Origin: Octopus sinensis
Taxonomy: Eukaryota
NCBI RefSeq assembly: GCF_006345805.1
Contig: NC_043000.1
Span: forward strand, 128,898,001 to 128,962,000
Direction of reading: 5' to 3'
DNA length: 64,000 bases
This document shows positions 52,426 through 64,000 of this stretch, in pieces. The notes under the pieces are model-generated. The model made no database searches and was not told the origin of the DNA. It saw only the letters and a program-made list of their open reading frames with translations. The translations under genes and the position numbers were made by a program. The first letter of the stretch is position 1. The number at the start of each line of letters is the position of its first letter.

Positions 52426-52990
52426 GCACCTGCATGCCAGAGTGTTGCACCGATAACCAGCTGGTGGAGAATCTGCATGGAGTTAAACCAGTAGTGACAT
52501 TCAACAGCCACTTTGATGTGGCAACTGACTTTACTGTTTAGTACAGTTAATACTATATCTTTTCTTGAGATTTTACAACTAGCTATTTTGCTTTATATAT
52601 ATATATGTAGGCAAACAGATCGAACCATCTCAAGACTAACTGCCCGAAATGGTTGTGACTTCTGAACTTAACTGAGGAAAGAAAGCCACGAATGACCCGT
52701 CTTTTTTGCCTGTCCTAATTGTTGTTTCTCTTGTCCACCTTTGTATCGTCTATCTATCCGAATGTTTTAATGTCCTCTATTATCAGGTGTCCAGCATGGA
52801 ATTAAAACATTCAAAGGTAATAAATGTTATTAAAATTATAATTTAGGCTATCTAAGAGATACCACCACACTGGAAATAGCAGCCAAAACTTGACTCTAAA
52901 ACCACATTAAATGTTCATACAGCACCAGGAGAGAAGACAAAGAGACAAAATAAACTAGCAAAAAAATTACTGGATAATTCCAGATCCCGG

Positions 52991-53021
<31 letters not shown>

Positions 53022-53048
53022 GAAAAAAGCAACAAGAATGGATTAAAA

Positions 53049-53137
53049 TCTCGGTACGATCGTTTCGTACGAGGACATCTTTAATAAGCTACAAAAAATG
53101 CAGTGAATACAGATGGCTCGTACTCGTCAGCCGAAAA
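53049..53137 (-). ncRNA. Type I hammerhead ribozyme (intact, minus-strand copy)
   Basis: Minus strand TTTCGG CTGACGA GTACGAG...CTCGTAC GAAAC GATC GTA CCGAGA; perfect 7-bp helix II, palindromic ACGATCGT helix III. Confidence 0.9.
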
Positions 53138-53152
53138 AACATCAGAGAACAT

Positions 53153-53241
53153 TTTTCGGCTGACGAGTACGAGCCATCTGTATTCACTGCATTTTTTGTA
53201 GCTTATTAAAGATGTCCTCGTACGAAACGATCGTACGGAGA
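53153..53241 (+). ncRNA. Type I hammerhead ribozyme (plus-strand copy, one helix I mismatch)
   Basis: CTGACGA 53160-53166, GTACGAG/CTCGTAC, GAAAC 53224-53228, GTA 53233-53235, then CGGAGA. Confidence 0.85.
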
Positions 53242-53519
53242 TTTTAATCCATTCTTGTTGCTTTTTTCCTATTGTAATCACCCCACTTGTCGTATGGTTA
53301 ACACCATATAGATTTCCGGTGCATCCTAGTTAAGGACCATTTCATGTGAATTCTTTAGAATTCACTAGAATCTCAATTACTTAACCGTATAATATATATA
53401 TATTATATATTATATATATATATATATAAAGATAGATCGATACATAAATAGATCTACATATAACACACATACACACAAATTCTGAACTTAAAGATGCAGC
53501 ATTACTTCCGATTTGAAAA

Positions 53520-54252
53520 TATTTCATACAAGACACTACCTTTCGAGCAGATATACATACAACCAGAGTTGGAGTAGAAACACTGTAAATCAACAAGGTT
53601 TATACATGACAATGTTTCGGGGGAAACTTTTGAGTGATGCGAATATCGACAGACTTTTTGATCTCGATACCGTTTCATCACGTCGCATTTTGAAAGCTTT
53701 GCTCTGCAATCCGAAGATTAAAACACAGCTAAAAATATCTATTGAACGAAGGAGGCATTGAACCCTTCAGACCTCCAAAACGTGATCAAAACATTGTGTC
53801 TCATATCAGTGGAGGTCATTACATATGTCACTGGCTGCTTCCTAATATGTTATGAAGATAATACCTTCTTTAATTGGGTTGACATTACTGCTAAACAATA
53901 TCCATTACTGCTAAACAATATCCGTATGATGGACTGTCCAGGGACAAATGGAAAAACAAATAAATTAACAAATGTTTCTAGCCACTAAATGGAAGCAAAA
54001 CACTCCTGGCGTTGTTTTCTGGACAAATAAAAAAAAAAACCGACTGTTGTAAAGATCAGCTTCTTAACGCATGTGAACCAGTGAAAACATTTCTTGACAA
54101 GTTGTTTTGATACTTACAGCTTATCTGTCCAAATTATTAGTTCACAAATGTACTCATAATCATTGGTGCACTTGATTGTGTTACTCACTATATAAGTAAT
54201 AGTTAGAAGAAGCTGGATTTTACATCTTTTCCAGACAGAAGGAGCGAGAGAG

Positions 54253-54310
<58 letters not shown>

Positions 54311-54960
54311 CATGCTCTGAAAATCCAGTCTGTAATTAAAACAATGCAACGATATAGATTCTTCTTGTTAATGTCTAAATTCTAAATAATGGAACTTTGC
54401 ATATTCTAGGACCAAAAATTCTTAGAGGAAGAATTCATGAAATTAAAAAAGAAAGAGAATATAAATATTAATGTATCTCATGTTGATGCTGACTTCACAG
54501 TTGGAGATTTTGTGCAGTTCATATTTATTATTATGTTTATCGTTTAGAAGAGTGAAAACTGATGAAACCCCTGGTCACTAAATTTATGACCGTGGCAATA
54601 CATCTGCGATGCTAACTCAAAGAAACTAGATAAAACGAATGCAAGAAATATCTCCGCAGATGTTCAAGTATTCTTAGACATTACATTATCCCACTTCAAA
54701 TAACGTTTTTGAAATTCATTTTTCTCAATCACTGATGATTTCTTCAACAATATTTTTTTCTCCTAAACACAGGATTTACTGAATGGGAGACCAAATCCCT
54801 CACATTACTATACATGTTCTGTCTTCAGTTTGTCACTGAAGTGCAGCCCTACCTGATTGCCAAAGCAGACATTAGAACTTGGCATAACTCTTTGGCTCAG
54901 CTGTTCATTTCGGACCGTTTAACCCATGCCATAATGAAAAAGAGGGACATTAATGGATGA
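53520..54960 (+). pseudogene. Possible decayed, intron-containing transposon gene with Ulp1/SENP-like protease motifs
   Basis: GKLLSDANID (53621-53650), HWLL (53829-53840), ALDCV (about 54168-54182) in order across frameshifts; acceptor-like TTTTTTTCTCCTAAACACAG followed by about 60 open codons (54773-54960). Confidence 0.25.
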
Positions 54961-55374
54961 TGCTAATGCTGCTCATGATGAGGATCTCTCTCTCTCTCTC
55001 TCCCTCTCTCCCTCTCTCTCTCTCTCTCTCTCTTTCTCTCTTATGTATATATATATATATTTTTATATGTGTGTGTGTGTGCGTGTATGTTTGTATGTAT
55101 GTATGTATGAATGTATGTATACATGTATGTATGTATGTATGTATGTATGTATGTATGTATGTATGTATGTATGTAGTTCAAATGTGCAGTAAACAAAAGA
55201 CAAAGGGAGGTGAGGGAACAACAACCTGGTGTATTAGTTTGATACTCGGTAAATATGGAAAAGTTTTTGACGTTTCGAACCTACGCTCAACGGCAAAGAG
55301 GAATGAGGTGGGGATGGAGAGAGAAAGAGAAAAAAACGGAGAGAGAAAAAATGCGTCGGGATTAATAGTTCCAC

Positions 55375-56610
55375 ATGTTGAAATCACCACTATATGGCAC
55401 AGACGCACGAGACACTGTAATCTTGTCAGGAAATTAAACACTCAGGGAACATTCCACAGAACCTCTCTGTCTACAGGGGCAAAAGCCTTTTATTAGATTC
55501 ACAAACATAATGAAGAGTTATTGATGTTGTTCTTCGCATTTCTTCTGAATCTGCCTTGCAACAAAGATCATGTCTACTTAGTCTTTATTGTATCCCTAGA
55601 AATTGTGCATACCATGCTTATCTCCATACTTCTCAATCATTTCTTGGAATGTTTGGCGAAGGATTATTCACAGATGCTCTGTGTGCCTTGTGCATGCCAC
55701 TTAGAATTTTCCGGGATTCTTATGGAACCAGGTTAGGTGTTTATCCGTTTCCTATCCGACGGTTTTGACTGTAGCATCATAAAGAACGGAACTTAAAATG
55801 GTCCCTTTATTATGTATGCAAACTTCCGAGGAGTTGGGGATACCTCTGAAACTGGAGAGTGATGAAAGTTCTTACAAGTATCAAGATTGTTGAGATTGCA
55901 ACAGGTGAATTTCTTAATGTCTGATTTTTTTCGGTAATGTAAGGGAAGCTCTTGCGATGTGAGTTTTGCCAATATCATATGATCTATTGAACACTCTACT
56001 CCCCCCCCCAATTGCACAGGGGAACAAAGTGATTTTTACTCTGAAATCGTGTTCTACACACAGAGAGAAGTTTCATTGCATTGCAGTTAGTTTTTCCCAG
56101 GTTTCTTATTCTTCCTTAATCTTGCATTGAAATCACTCATTTTAATTATTACCTGATCTAACCTCTAATAGAAGCAAGCAGTCTTTATCCTGATTATCAG
56201 ATGTCAGAGTTAGTGCCTAGGATATCTGAAACATAAAGTAGCGGCTCTCAGCAAGGAAAATACGGACTGATATCAGCTACTTTAAAGTCATTCGATGCGT
56301 CAGACAGTTTAAAACGCTGACTGTTTCTCACAGCAAAGCCGATGTTATATCAGTGATGTACACACTCGGGTAATTCTTCCAGAAGTTGTAACCCTCTTTA
56401 ACCTTATTAAGCGATCCATCTCCGACTAGCTTGGTCTTACCGATGCAGCAATATCTGTAGCGCTTCACTTCACTAACTTGCAGCGCCATCAACATTCGAG
56501 TCGACTCGTCGAGTTGTCAACATCAGTCAGTATCCGTGTATTTCACGTGACAAGCCCTACTTATATATTATCATATATTTTTCTTTTTACAACTGCTTTA
56601 CTGAACGTCG
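55375..56610 (-). pseudogene. Decayed, internally deleted RTE-clade LINE (APE N-terminus to RT start)
   Basis: Minus strand: LVT*NTRILTD..SEVKRY..KTKLVGDGSLNKVKEGYNFW, DFNARL, LYDATVKTVG..KHLTWF..MHKAHRASVNNPS, VDMIFVARQIQKKCEEQHQ*LFIMFVNLIK.F..VDREVLW. A 5' UTR may extend to about 57420. Confidence 0.85.
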
Positions 56611-58009
56611 TAACAAACGCGGTTTCGTATTCAGGAATTAAGCTGAGTGAACTATTTTAAGCATTTTTTGTGTGTCTTATCCTGGTTGAGATGAGCAGCG
56701 TAGCCGCTAGATAGGGCTGCTCAATAACAGGGTTTAGACAAGGGAAAACTGCTACTCACTGCTAACTGTCAATGACTGATGAGCTGATCTCTGACACGTA
56801 GAATTCTAATTCGATTCTTCCAGTATATTCAGATCTGCTCCTCTTACCAGACTCTCCATCATCACCAGCGTCGTTAGGGATCCAAGATCCATGATCCACA
56901 GTTCAAAATGAGACACTTGTGCAATGAAACTTTATAGTGATGTTGGGTGTGCACATTTCTCAATACACCTGTTGTCTCTGTGAAGAAGACAGATGTGGTG
57001 GAAAAAACCCCACGAGGAACGATATCTCCTCCCAGTTATTAGAAATTGTTGCAAACCTATCCGTCTTAAAGCTGACTGCCACAGCTGGCTTTATTCTCGG
57101 GATGTACTCACCTGGCCTTTTTCTTCCTTGGCTAAATGACAAGGTTGTGGGTTACATTGATCTTAGGATATATTCAACTAGAGAACGCCTGCACGCTATA
57201 TCTAGGTAATTCACTACTGAATCATGTTCCCTCAACAAGTTAGCCGTAAAGCCATAGTTATTGTATGTGTCGACAGAGAGGACTAAGAGAATGTTAGTGA
57301 AGTGAGGAGGGTGTGTACTGATAGGGAAGACTGACTTTAGGTTGCTTTTCGCTTCACCAAATGGGTTAATCATCTGCAGCGAGCTGTAAGCGAGAGGGCT
57401 GCAAGCACTACTGCACAAGATGCATTACATCATCCTGTGTGTGTGTGTGTGTGTGTGAATGGAGGATCTCTCAGCTGTTTAATAGCGTGAAATAGTTGGG
57501 TGGTCAAACTATCTGCCTGTGTGTCTGTCCATCTGTCTGTCTGTCTGCCTGTCAGTCTGTCTGTCTGCCCGTCCGCCCGTCTGTCTGTCTCTCTCTCTAT
57601 ATATATGTGTGTGTGTGTGTGTGTGTATGTGTGTGTGTGTGTGCGTGTGTTTGTGTACGCGTGTGTACATCCTTGTACGTGTAAATATGAATGGATTATA
57701 TATATATATATATTAACGATATTTACTATGCACACACGCGCACAAACAGACGCACACACATACACACACACAGACTACACATACACATACATATGTATAT
57801 GTATGGATGGATGTGTGTATAAGCTTACTTTTGCTTCTTGCCTATAATAGCTTTTGTGTGTTTGTGCGTGTGTGCGTGTTACCTAACTTATTTTCTTAAA
57901 TATCAGCACAACTCCTCAAAGTACGTTATGTATTCAAACGGTTATAGAATAAATGGCTGGGTAAAAATCAGCTCATCGCAGCGTGCCCTGTTTGGCCCTT
58001 GAATTACAG

Positions 58010-58188
58010 AGGGATTCTATTCGACGGCCTTGCATAGTTCCTTTCAACCCTTTTCCCTTCACGAGGTTTGATTCGGACCGAGACTATAGTAAAACATTGC
58101 TGCTTAAAGTGCCGTGCAGTGGGATCAAATTGAGGGCCACAAATCGCGAAGCAGACTTCTTAACTATTTGACCTTGCATGTATTCAAA

Positions 58189-58242
<54 letters not shown>

Positions 58243-58415
58243 ACACAGCACACACACGATTGGCTTCCGTGTTGTTTATGTCCACCAAATTTCCCTCACA
58301 AGCATTGGTCGACCCGGGGCTATACTCGAAGACATCTGCTCAAGGTGCTGCGCTGTAGGACTGAACCCGAAAACATATGGTTGCAAAGCGAGCTTCTTAA
58401 CCACGTTCCCATGCA
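58010..58415 (-). mobile_element. Two degenerate family B SINE 5' halves
   Basis: GACTATAGTAAAACATTGCTGCTTAAAGTGCCGTGCAGTGGGA and GGCTATACTCGAAGACATCTGCTCAAGGTGCTGCGCTGTAGGACTGAACCC. Confidence 0.7.
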
Positions 58416-58963
58416 TGCATTTGTATGAACGTATGTATGTGTATGTATGTATGTATGTATGTATGTATGTATGTATGTATGTAGGTGTGCGTATGTCCGC
58501 GCGCGCACGTACAGAAATACACACGCACATTCCTGTACGCAATACTCTGAAGTGGTCTCAAGCAAATAACCATTATTATTATTATCATTGATAACCTTGT
58601 GTGTTCCCACTCATAAACTTTCATTGTTACACTTACACTAATCCAGGAATCCATTCATGCATCACATGCATATGTACGTGCACACCTATCTAGCTGCATG
58701 CAACACTCACGCGCACGCGCATTCCCCCAAATGACTATGCATACACCTAGCTGTTTATCCATTCACACATATACAAAAAAAACACACACACACACATACA
58801 TATGCAACTGCATACATACATACATAAAAAATCTGCGTGTCCCCCTTCACACACATGCACACACACACACACACTCACACACACATCCATGCATACAGCT
58901 ACTTGATGATCCATTCATATTTTTACATGTACAAGGACGTACACATGCGTGCACAAACACACT

Positions 58964-59001
<38 letters not shown>

Positions 59002-59690
59002 GCTGCGTGCATTTATAAATGCAACAGGGCTACATTCATTGTACATTGCACATTGCACATAACTCAACAGAGTGCACGCACTAACTGCAGGCCTTTTTGT
59101 GAATGACAGAGAGAGAGAGAGTGAAAGAAATATCGAGAGGCAAATAGATAAACAGAGAGAAATACGGAGAGGAGGGGAGGCGTGTCTAGGCGAACTATGT
59201 TATATGGAACAATGAAAGCAATCTTAAGTCAGCCATATATGGTATTGGATCAACAACACGTTTTAATACACGCTCCATTATTTTTTTGTTTCGTTTCGTC
59301 TCACTTCCTCTTTATCTTTCACATTATCCTCAGCTAATTTTTTCCCATTCACACACTTATTCTGCACCCTCTCCTCTTTCTGCATCTCTTGCATTTTACA
59401 TCATCTTTCAATGCATCGTGCATTTTTGTATAGTGTTTTTGCTTTTGTGCTTTTTTCTTTTTCTCTTTTTCTTTCTATTTTCTCATTCACCAAATTTTCT
59501 GTGTCCTGATGTGCTTATATGTTTGCTATATATAAGAATGGCATTACTATTTTAATACTACTATATTACTCATTACCTTGCGTGTGTGCAAGTGTGTGTG
59601 TGTGTGAAGCTGAATGCGTGTGTGTAAGCGTGTGAGTGTGCGTACGTGCGTTTGTGCAACCATATGCATACTTAGAAATATTTGTGTTCA

Positions 59691-59733
<43 letters not shown>

Positions 59734-59735
<2 letters not shown>

Positions 59736-60276
59736 GCCCTGATGCAGTACCAGGCAATGGCTCTCGTAGCTTCTGATCTTAACTGATTGGACGTGTTATC
59801 ATGTACATTGTTTTGTCTTGGTATAAAAGATGGGCTACAGCAAATATTCTGCTCAATACCAGATTTACTTGTCAGTTGTTTGACCATAACCAGTTGAACA
59901 TGTCCCTTAGTGGCTGACGATATGGGCATATCTGATCATGAACAGAAGTAGTGGGGACGCATCATAGCCATGAGTTGAGAGGGATTCTTTGGGGTTTGAA
60001 TAATTCACGTCTGGAAACATGGGTGTTTTGTTCATCATCCTTAAACAAACCTTATTCAGGGACCTTTTGAGCGGGATGCACTACTCGACCAGAACAAAAT
60101 TCTAACTGGGACCCACCTGCAAGGTCATGTGCTGTTTATCTTGATATCAGATCACCATGTCACGCACATATGGTTGTGATGCATGTGCCTTGTATACCCT
60201 TATCAGACGGGTAGTCATGATGGGTATACTGGGCTTCGTATATTTTACCCCAGTGTCACTTTGATGGCATGCACTC
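59734..60276. mobile_element. About 540-bp non-coding element inserted in (TAA)n
   Basis: Sharp boundaries with (TAA)n on both sides (59693-59733, 60277-60340); no long ORF. Confidence 0.7.
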
Positions 60277-60340
<64 letters not shown>

Positions 60341-60344
60341 TAAT

Positions 60345-60730
60345 TTGGACACAAGTTAGTACTTTTGATTAGTCTATTACATTGACCCCAGTACCTGACT
60401 GGACTTTATTTTATCGACCGCGAAAAAATGAAAGGCAAAGCTGGACTTAGCAGCATTTGAATAGAACACCTAAAGAGCCGGAAGAAATGCCACTAAACAT
60501 TTTGTTTGGTATGCTACCGATTCTGCCAACTCGCCGCCTGATTTCATTCATAGGCACAAGGGTAAAAATTGAGAGTGGAGAGGGGTTGGCCAGTTAAACT
60601 GAACCCAGTACTTGATTTACACTGTATTTTATCGATACCAGAAAGATGAATGGCAAAGTTGATTTCGGCAGGATTTTCGCCCAGAACGTAAAAAATCTTA
60701 AAGCACTGCAAATCATTTTGCCAAGATCAA
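60345..60730 (-). mobile_element. Two degenerate family A-like SINEs in tandem
   Basis: TTTTATCGACCGCGAAAAAATGAAAGGCAAAG...CTGCCAACTCGCCGCC, and a second copy from about 60550. Confidence 0.75.
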
Positions 60731-61222
60731 CTTTGCCACTCATCTTTTACCGGCAAGTGTCTCGGCAGCAAATTGAGAAATGCATGCAAGTGGAAAGCAT
60801 CTCAGATTGACGAAGTCTACAATTTCTGACTGAAGTACCTGAGCAGTACTCAAGGGATAATAAATGATAGTAGCATGGGGTAATATATAATTAGACAAAA
60901 TCTACACCTCAATGTCTGCTGGCTGGGAAAACAAATGCAACATTTCAAGACAAAAGTATCAGACCCAACCTCTTTATATAACGAACAATTGGCTCGCTAA
61001 AACGTTGTCTACTCCTTTTGAACTTTCAAACAGAACACCGACACATAGATGTACAAACAGACACACGGGCACACACACATGCACACACACACACACACAC
61101 ATAATCACACACATACGACATATATATGTATGTATGTATGTATGTATGCATGTATGCATGTATGTATGTATGTATGTATGTATGTATGTATGTATGTATG
61201 TATGTATGTATGTATGTATGTA

Positions 61223-62405
61223 TGTGATGCTTACACTGCCTTAGGATTGACAGTCAATCTCAAGAAAACTGTTGTCATGCATCAACCTGCCCCTGGTAAG
61301 CAGTATAGTGTACCAAATATCTATGTGAATGGTAAACGACTTGATGTAGTCGATCAGTTTGTTTACTTGGGAAGCACTATTAATAGATATGGCAATGTGG
61401 ATGATGAAGTTCCATATAGAATTAGGAAAGCAAGTGTTGCTTTCGGAAGGCTAGAAAAGCGTCTCTGAAGTCGGCGAGACATATGCAGAAAGACAAAGAT
61501 AAAGGTGTACAAGGCTTGCGTGCTCCCTTCTCTTCTCTATGCCTGCGAGACGTGGGTCACATATCGATACCACCTTAAACATCTGGAACGTTTCCATCAG
61601 ATGTGCCTCAGACGGATCTATAGCATTAAGTTGAAGGACCGTATCAGTGATCTTGAAATACTCGAAGGCTCTCGGTGTGTAAGTATAGAAGCTCTTCTGT
61701 TGAAGCAAAGGCTCAGATGGAGTGGTCATCTGGTCAGAATGAAGGATTCAAGGATGCCAAAACAACTCTTTTATGGAGAGTTAGCTAAAGGAGAACGACC
61801 TCCACATAAACCAAAAAAGAGGTATAAGGACTTGCTGAAGGCTTCCTTAAGAGATGCTTGCATCTCTCCTGACCCATGGGAAGGCATAGCTATTGATCGT
61901 AGCAGGTGGAGAAGGATTGTGCATAAGGGGACAGCCACGTTTGAGAAATCTTGAGTTGCACATGAGAAAGTAACGAGGGATATCAGGAAGGGCATCGATG
62001 TTAAACTTCCAGAAGGGAAGGGTCTTCCTTTGATTCTGACATGCAATGTCTGTGCAAGACCCTGCCTCAGTAAAGCTGGACTCATGAGTCATCTTCGTAG
62101 TCATAAAACGAGACAGATGATTGACAACCTGGCCACTGGTGGTGGTGTAACACACCATACAAATCATATCTGTCGGGCATGTGGAGGAGAGTGTAATTCG
62201 GCATGAGGACTTAAACGACATGCAAAGGTACATGAATCCCAGTTACAACTACAGCCGGCTATTACCAGTAAAGGTCTTAGTTGCCAATTTTGTACAAGAC
62301 ATTGTAGATCTTTAGCTGGGCTAAAAAGTCACATTCGATCACAGCACCAGTAACAGTTAAGCTTCGTGCAATGGCAATACTCGATAACGAGGGGGCAGCC
62401 ATAAT
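61223..62405 (+). pseudogene. 5'-truncated RTE-clade LINE: end of RT region, three C2H2 zinc fingers, 3' UTR
   Basis: One frame, no frameshift, three internal TGA stops: LGLTVNLKKTVVMHQPAPG..FVYLGST..ASVAFGRL..LLYACETW..RLRWSGHLVRM..PKQLFYGEL; fingers [63 protein letters not shown]; TAA at 62351-62353; 3' stem-loop CTCGATAACGAG. Confidence 0.95.
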
Positions 62406-62410
62406 GTATG

Positions 62411-62483
<73 letters not shown>

Positions 62484-62516
62484 ATATATATGTATGTATG
62501 TATATTATATATATGC

Positions 62517-62565
<49 letters not shown>

Positions 62566-62673
62566 TAGATAGATAGATAGATAGATAGATTCATACATAC
62601 ATACAATCATACATACATACATACATGCATACATACATACATACATACATGCATACATACATACATACATACA

Positions 62674-62706
<33 letters not shown>

Positions 62707-63719
62707 GATGGCTATCCTCTAGTGACTGCAGAAGACCATCACTGACCATTGCCCATGCAAAATACTTGCAATACCCGGGCATGAAGTTATTACACGTGCA
62801 GTCGGCTTCAACCGAGTTCGTACCCACAGCTTCCATGCTCTCTGCGGTGCCCTCTTACTCGACAGGGCATCATAAATAATGGGCTTTATACATTTATTTG
62901 TGCGTTGTAGACTAACACCTGTTTCTGATATCTATTTCGGTTGCGTTCGTGGTAACGTTTACTCAATCGAAAGATTGATCGATTGAAAATAGTGAACGAC
63001 CGTTTAAAATGCTATCCTGTTCAGAATCAGCACATTAAGTGTCAAAGTAAATAAAAACAAAAGTAATAATGATATGGGAGAAGGAGGAAAGAAAGAAAAA
63101 AAGAATAAAGAACGACAGGGCCAGATACGGCAACAGGCGAGTTTCATGCCATTTTCATATTCAAGCGGGAACGGATTCTTGTCTGAAAATGACAGAGATA
63201 TGAAATTCATTTTTGAGAAATAATATACGCAACATGTATTGAGAACTCGCGTCTTTTGCCTAGCGACAAGAACACATGCGTACGTTTGTGTGCATGCATC
63301 TGTGTGTGCGTGAGTGTGTGCCTTCATAAGCACATATACATGTATACATATATAAATATACACACATAAATGCGTTATTTATTCTGGTGTCCGTTAATAG
63401 CACCAAAGCAAACTCTACTTGATGAATTGACAAGTAAAACTTTACGTCCTTGTAAGGGAATTTCATTACTAAAATAATAAATGAAGAGAATGCAATTATA
63501 CAATATACAGTTATTAATACACAAATACACATAGATAGATATACATTCACATTTATGTATGTATGTATGTATGTATGTATGTATGTATGTATGTATGTAT
63601 GTATGTATTATGTATGTATGTATTATGTATGTATGCATATATATAGGTGTATGAACGTGTGGGAGAGGGCTAGCTAGCTAGATATAAATATAGATATAGA
63701 TATATGTGTATGCATGTAT

Positions 63720-63720
63720 G

Positions 63721-63780
<60 letters not shown>

Positions 63781-63825
63781 GATAGATAGATAGATATATA
63801 GATAGATAGATAGATATATATATAT

Positions 63826-63867
<42 letters not shown>

Positions 63868-63896
63868 GGATATATATATATATATTATATATATAT

Positions 63897-63990
<94 letters not shown>
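63720..63990. repeat. (TAGA)n/(TA)n compound microsatellite
   Basis: Directly visible. Confidence 0.97.
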
Positions 63991-64000
63991 ACGGACAGAC

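Larger units (their letters stand above)
51760..52592 (-). mobile_element. TA-flanked non-coding insert carrying two different HHR motifs (Penelope pseudo-LTR-like)
   Basis: Bounded by TA runs at about 51716-51752 and 52593-52606; HHRs at 52044-52126 and 52377-52425. Confidence 0.65.
53018..53390 (+). mobile_element. TA-flanked element with 5' inverted duplication and HHR
   Basis: Arms 53018-53138 and 53152-53272 (121 bp, one mismatch), 13-nt loop, unique tail to about 53390, (TA)n on both sides. Confidence 0.85.

Noticed and set aside
61466-62206. In-frame TGA codons in the RTE ORF as selenocysteine or recoding
   Set aside because: They fall at positions where W (TGG) or plausibly R (CGA) is expected, and the copy is 5'-truncated; ordinary decay explains them.

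Overview
AT-rich eukaryotic DNA saturated with microsatellites and transposable elements. The SINE families and repeat landscape point to an octopus genome (inference from recognised repeat sequences, not a database hit). I found no confident host protein-coding exon, and nearly all ORFs in the supplied track are translations of simple repeats. Recognisable content: many tRNA-derived SINEs (several with target-site duplications, one tandem trimer), decayed LINEs (three RTE, several CR1/L2-group, two R4/Dong-like), a decayed mariner transposase and a hAT/Charlie-type MITE. The main signal is a set of type I hammerhead ribozyme (HHR) motifs in small non-coding elements inserted into (TA)n. At 44785-46241 a hairpin-rich ~471-bp unit is repeated about 2.8 times with one HHR per unit and an inverted 5' piece, a retrozyme/Penelope pseudo-LTR architecture predicted to yield ~471-nt self-cleaved, possibly circular RNAs. 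At 51760-53390 there are three more, sequence-unrelated HHR families, including a palindrome with 121-bp arms carrying an HHR on each strand. A solitary HHR-like fold lies at 40463-40545. All RNA structures and translations were read by eye and need computational and biochemical confirmation.
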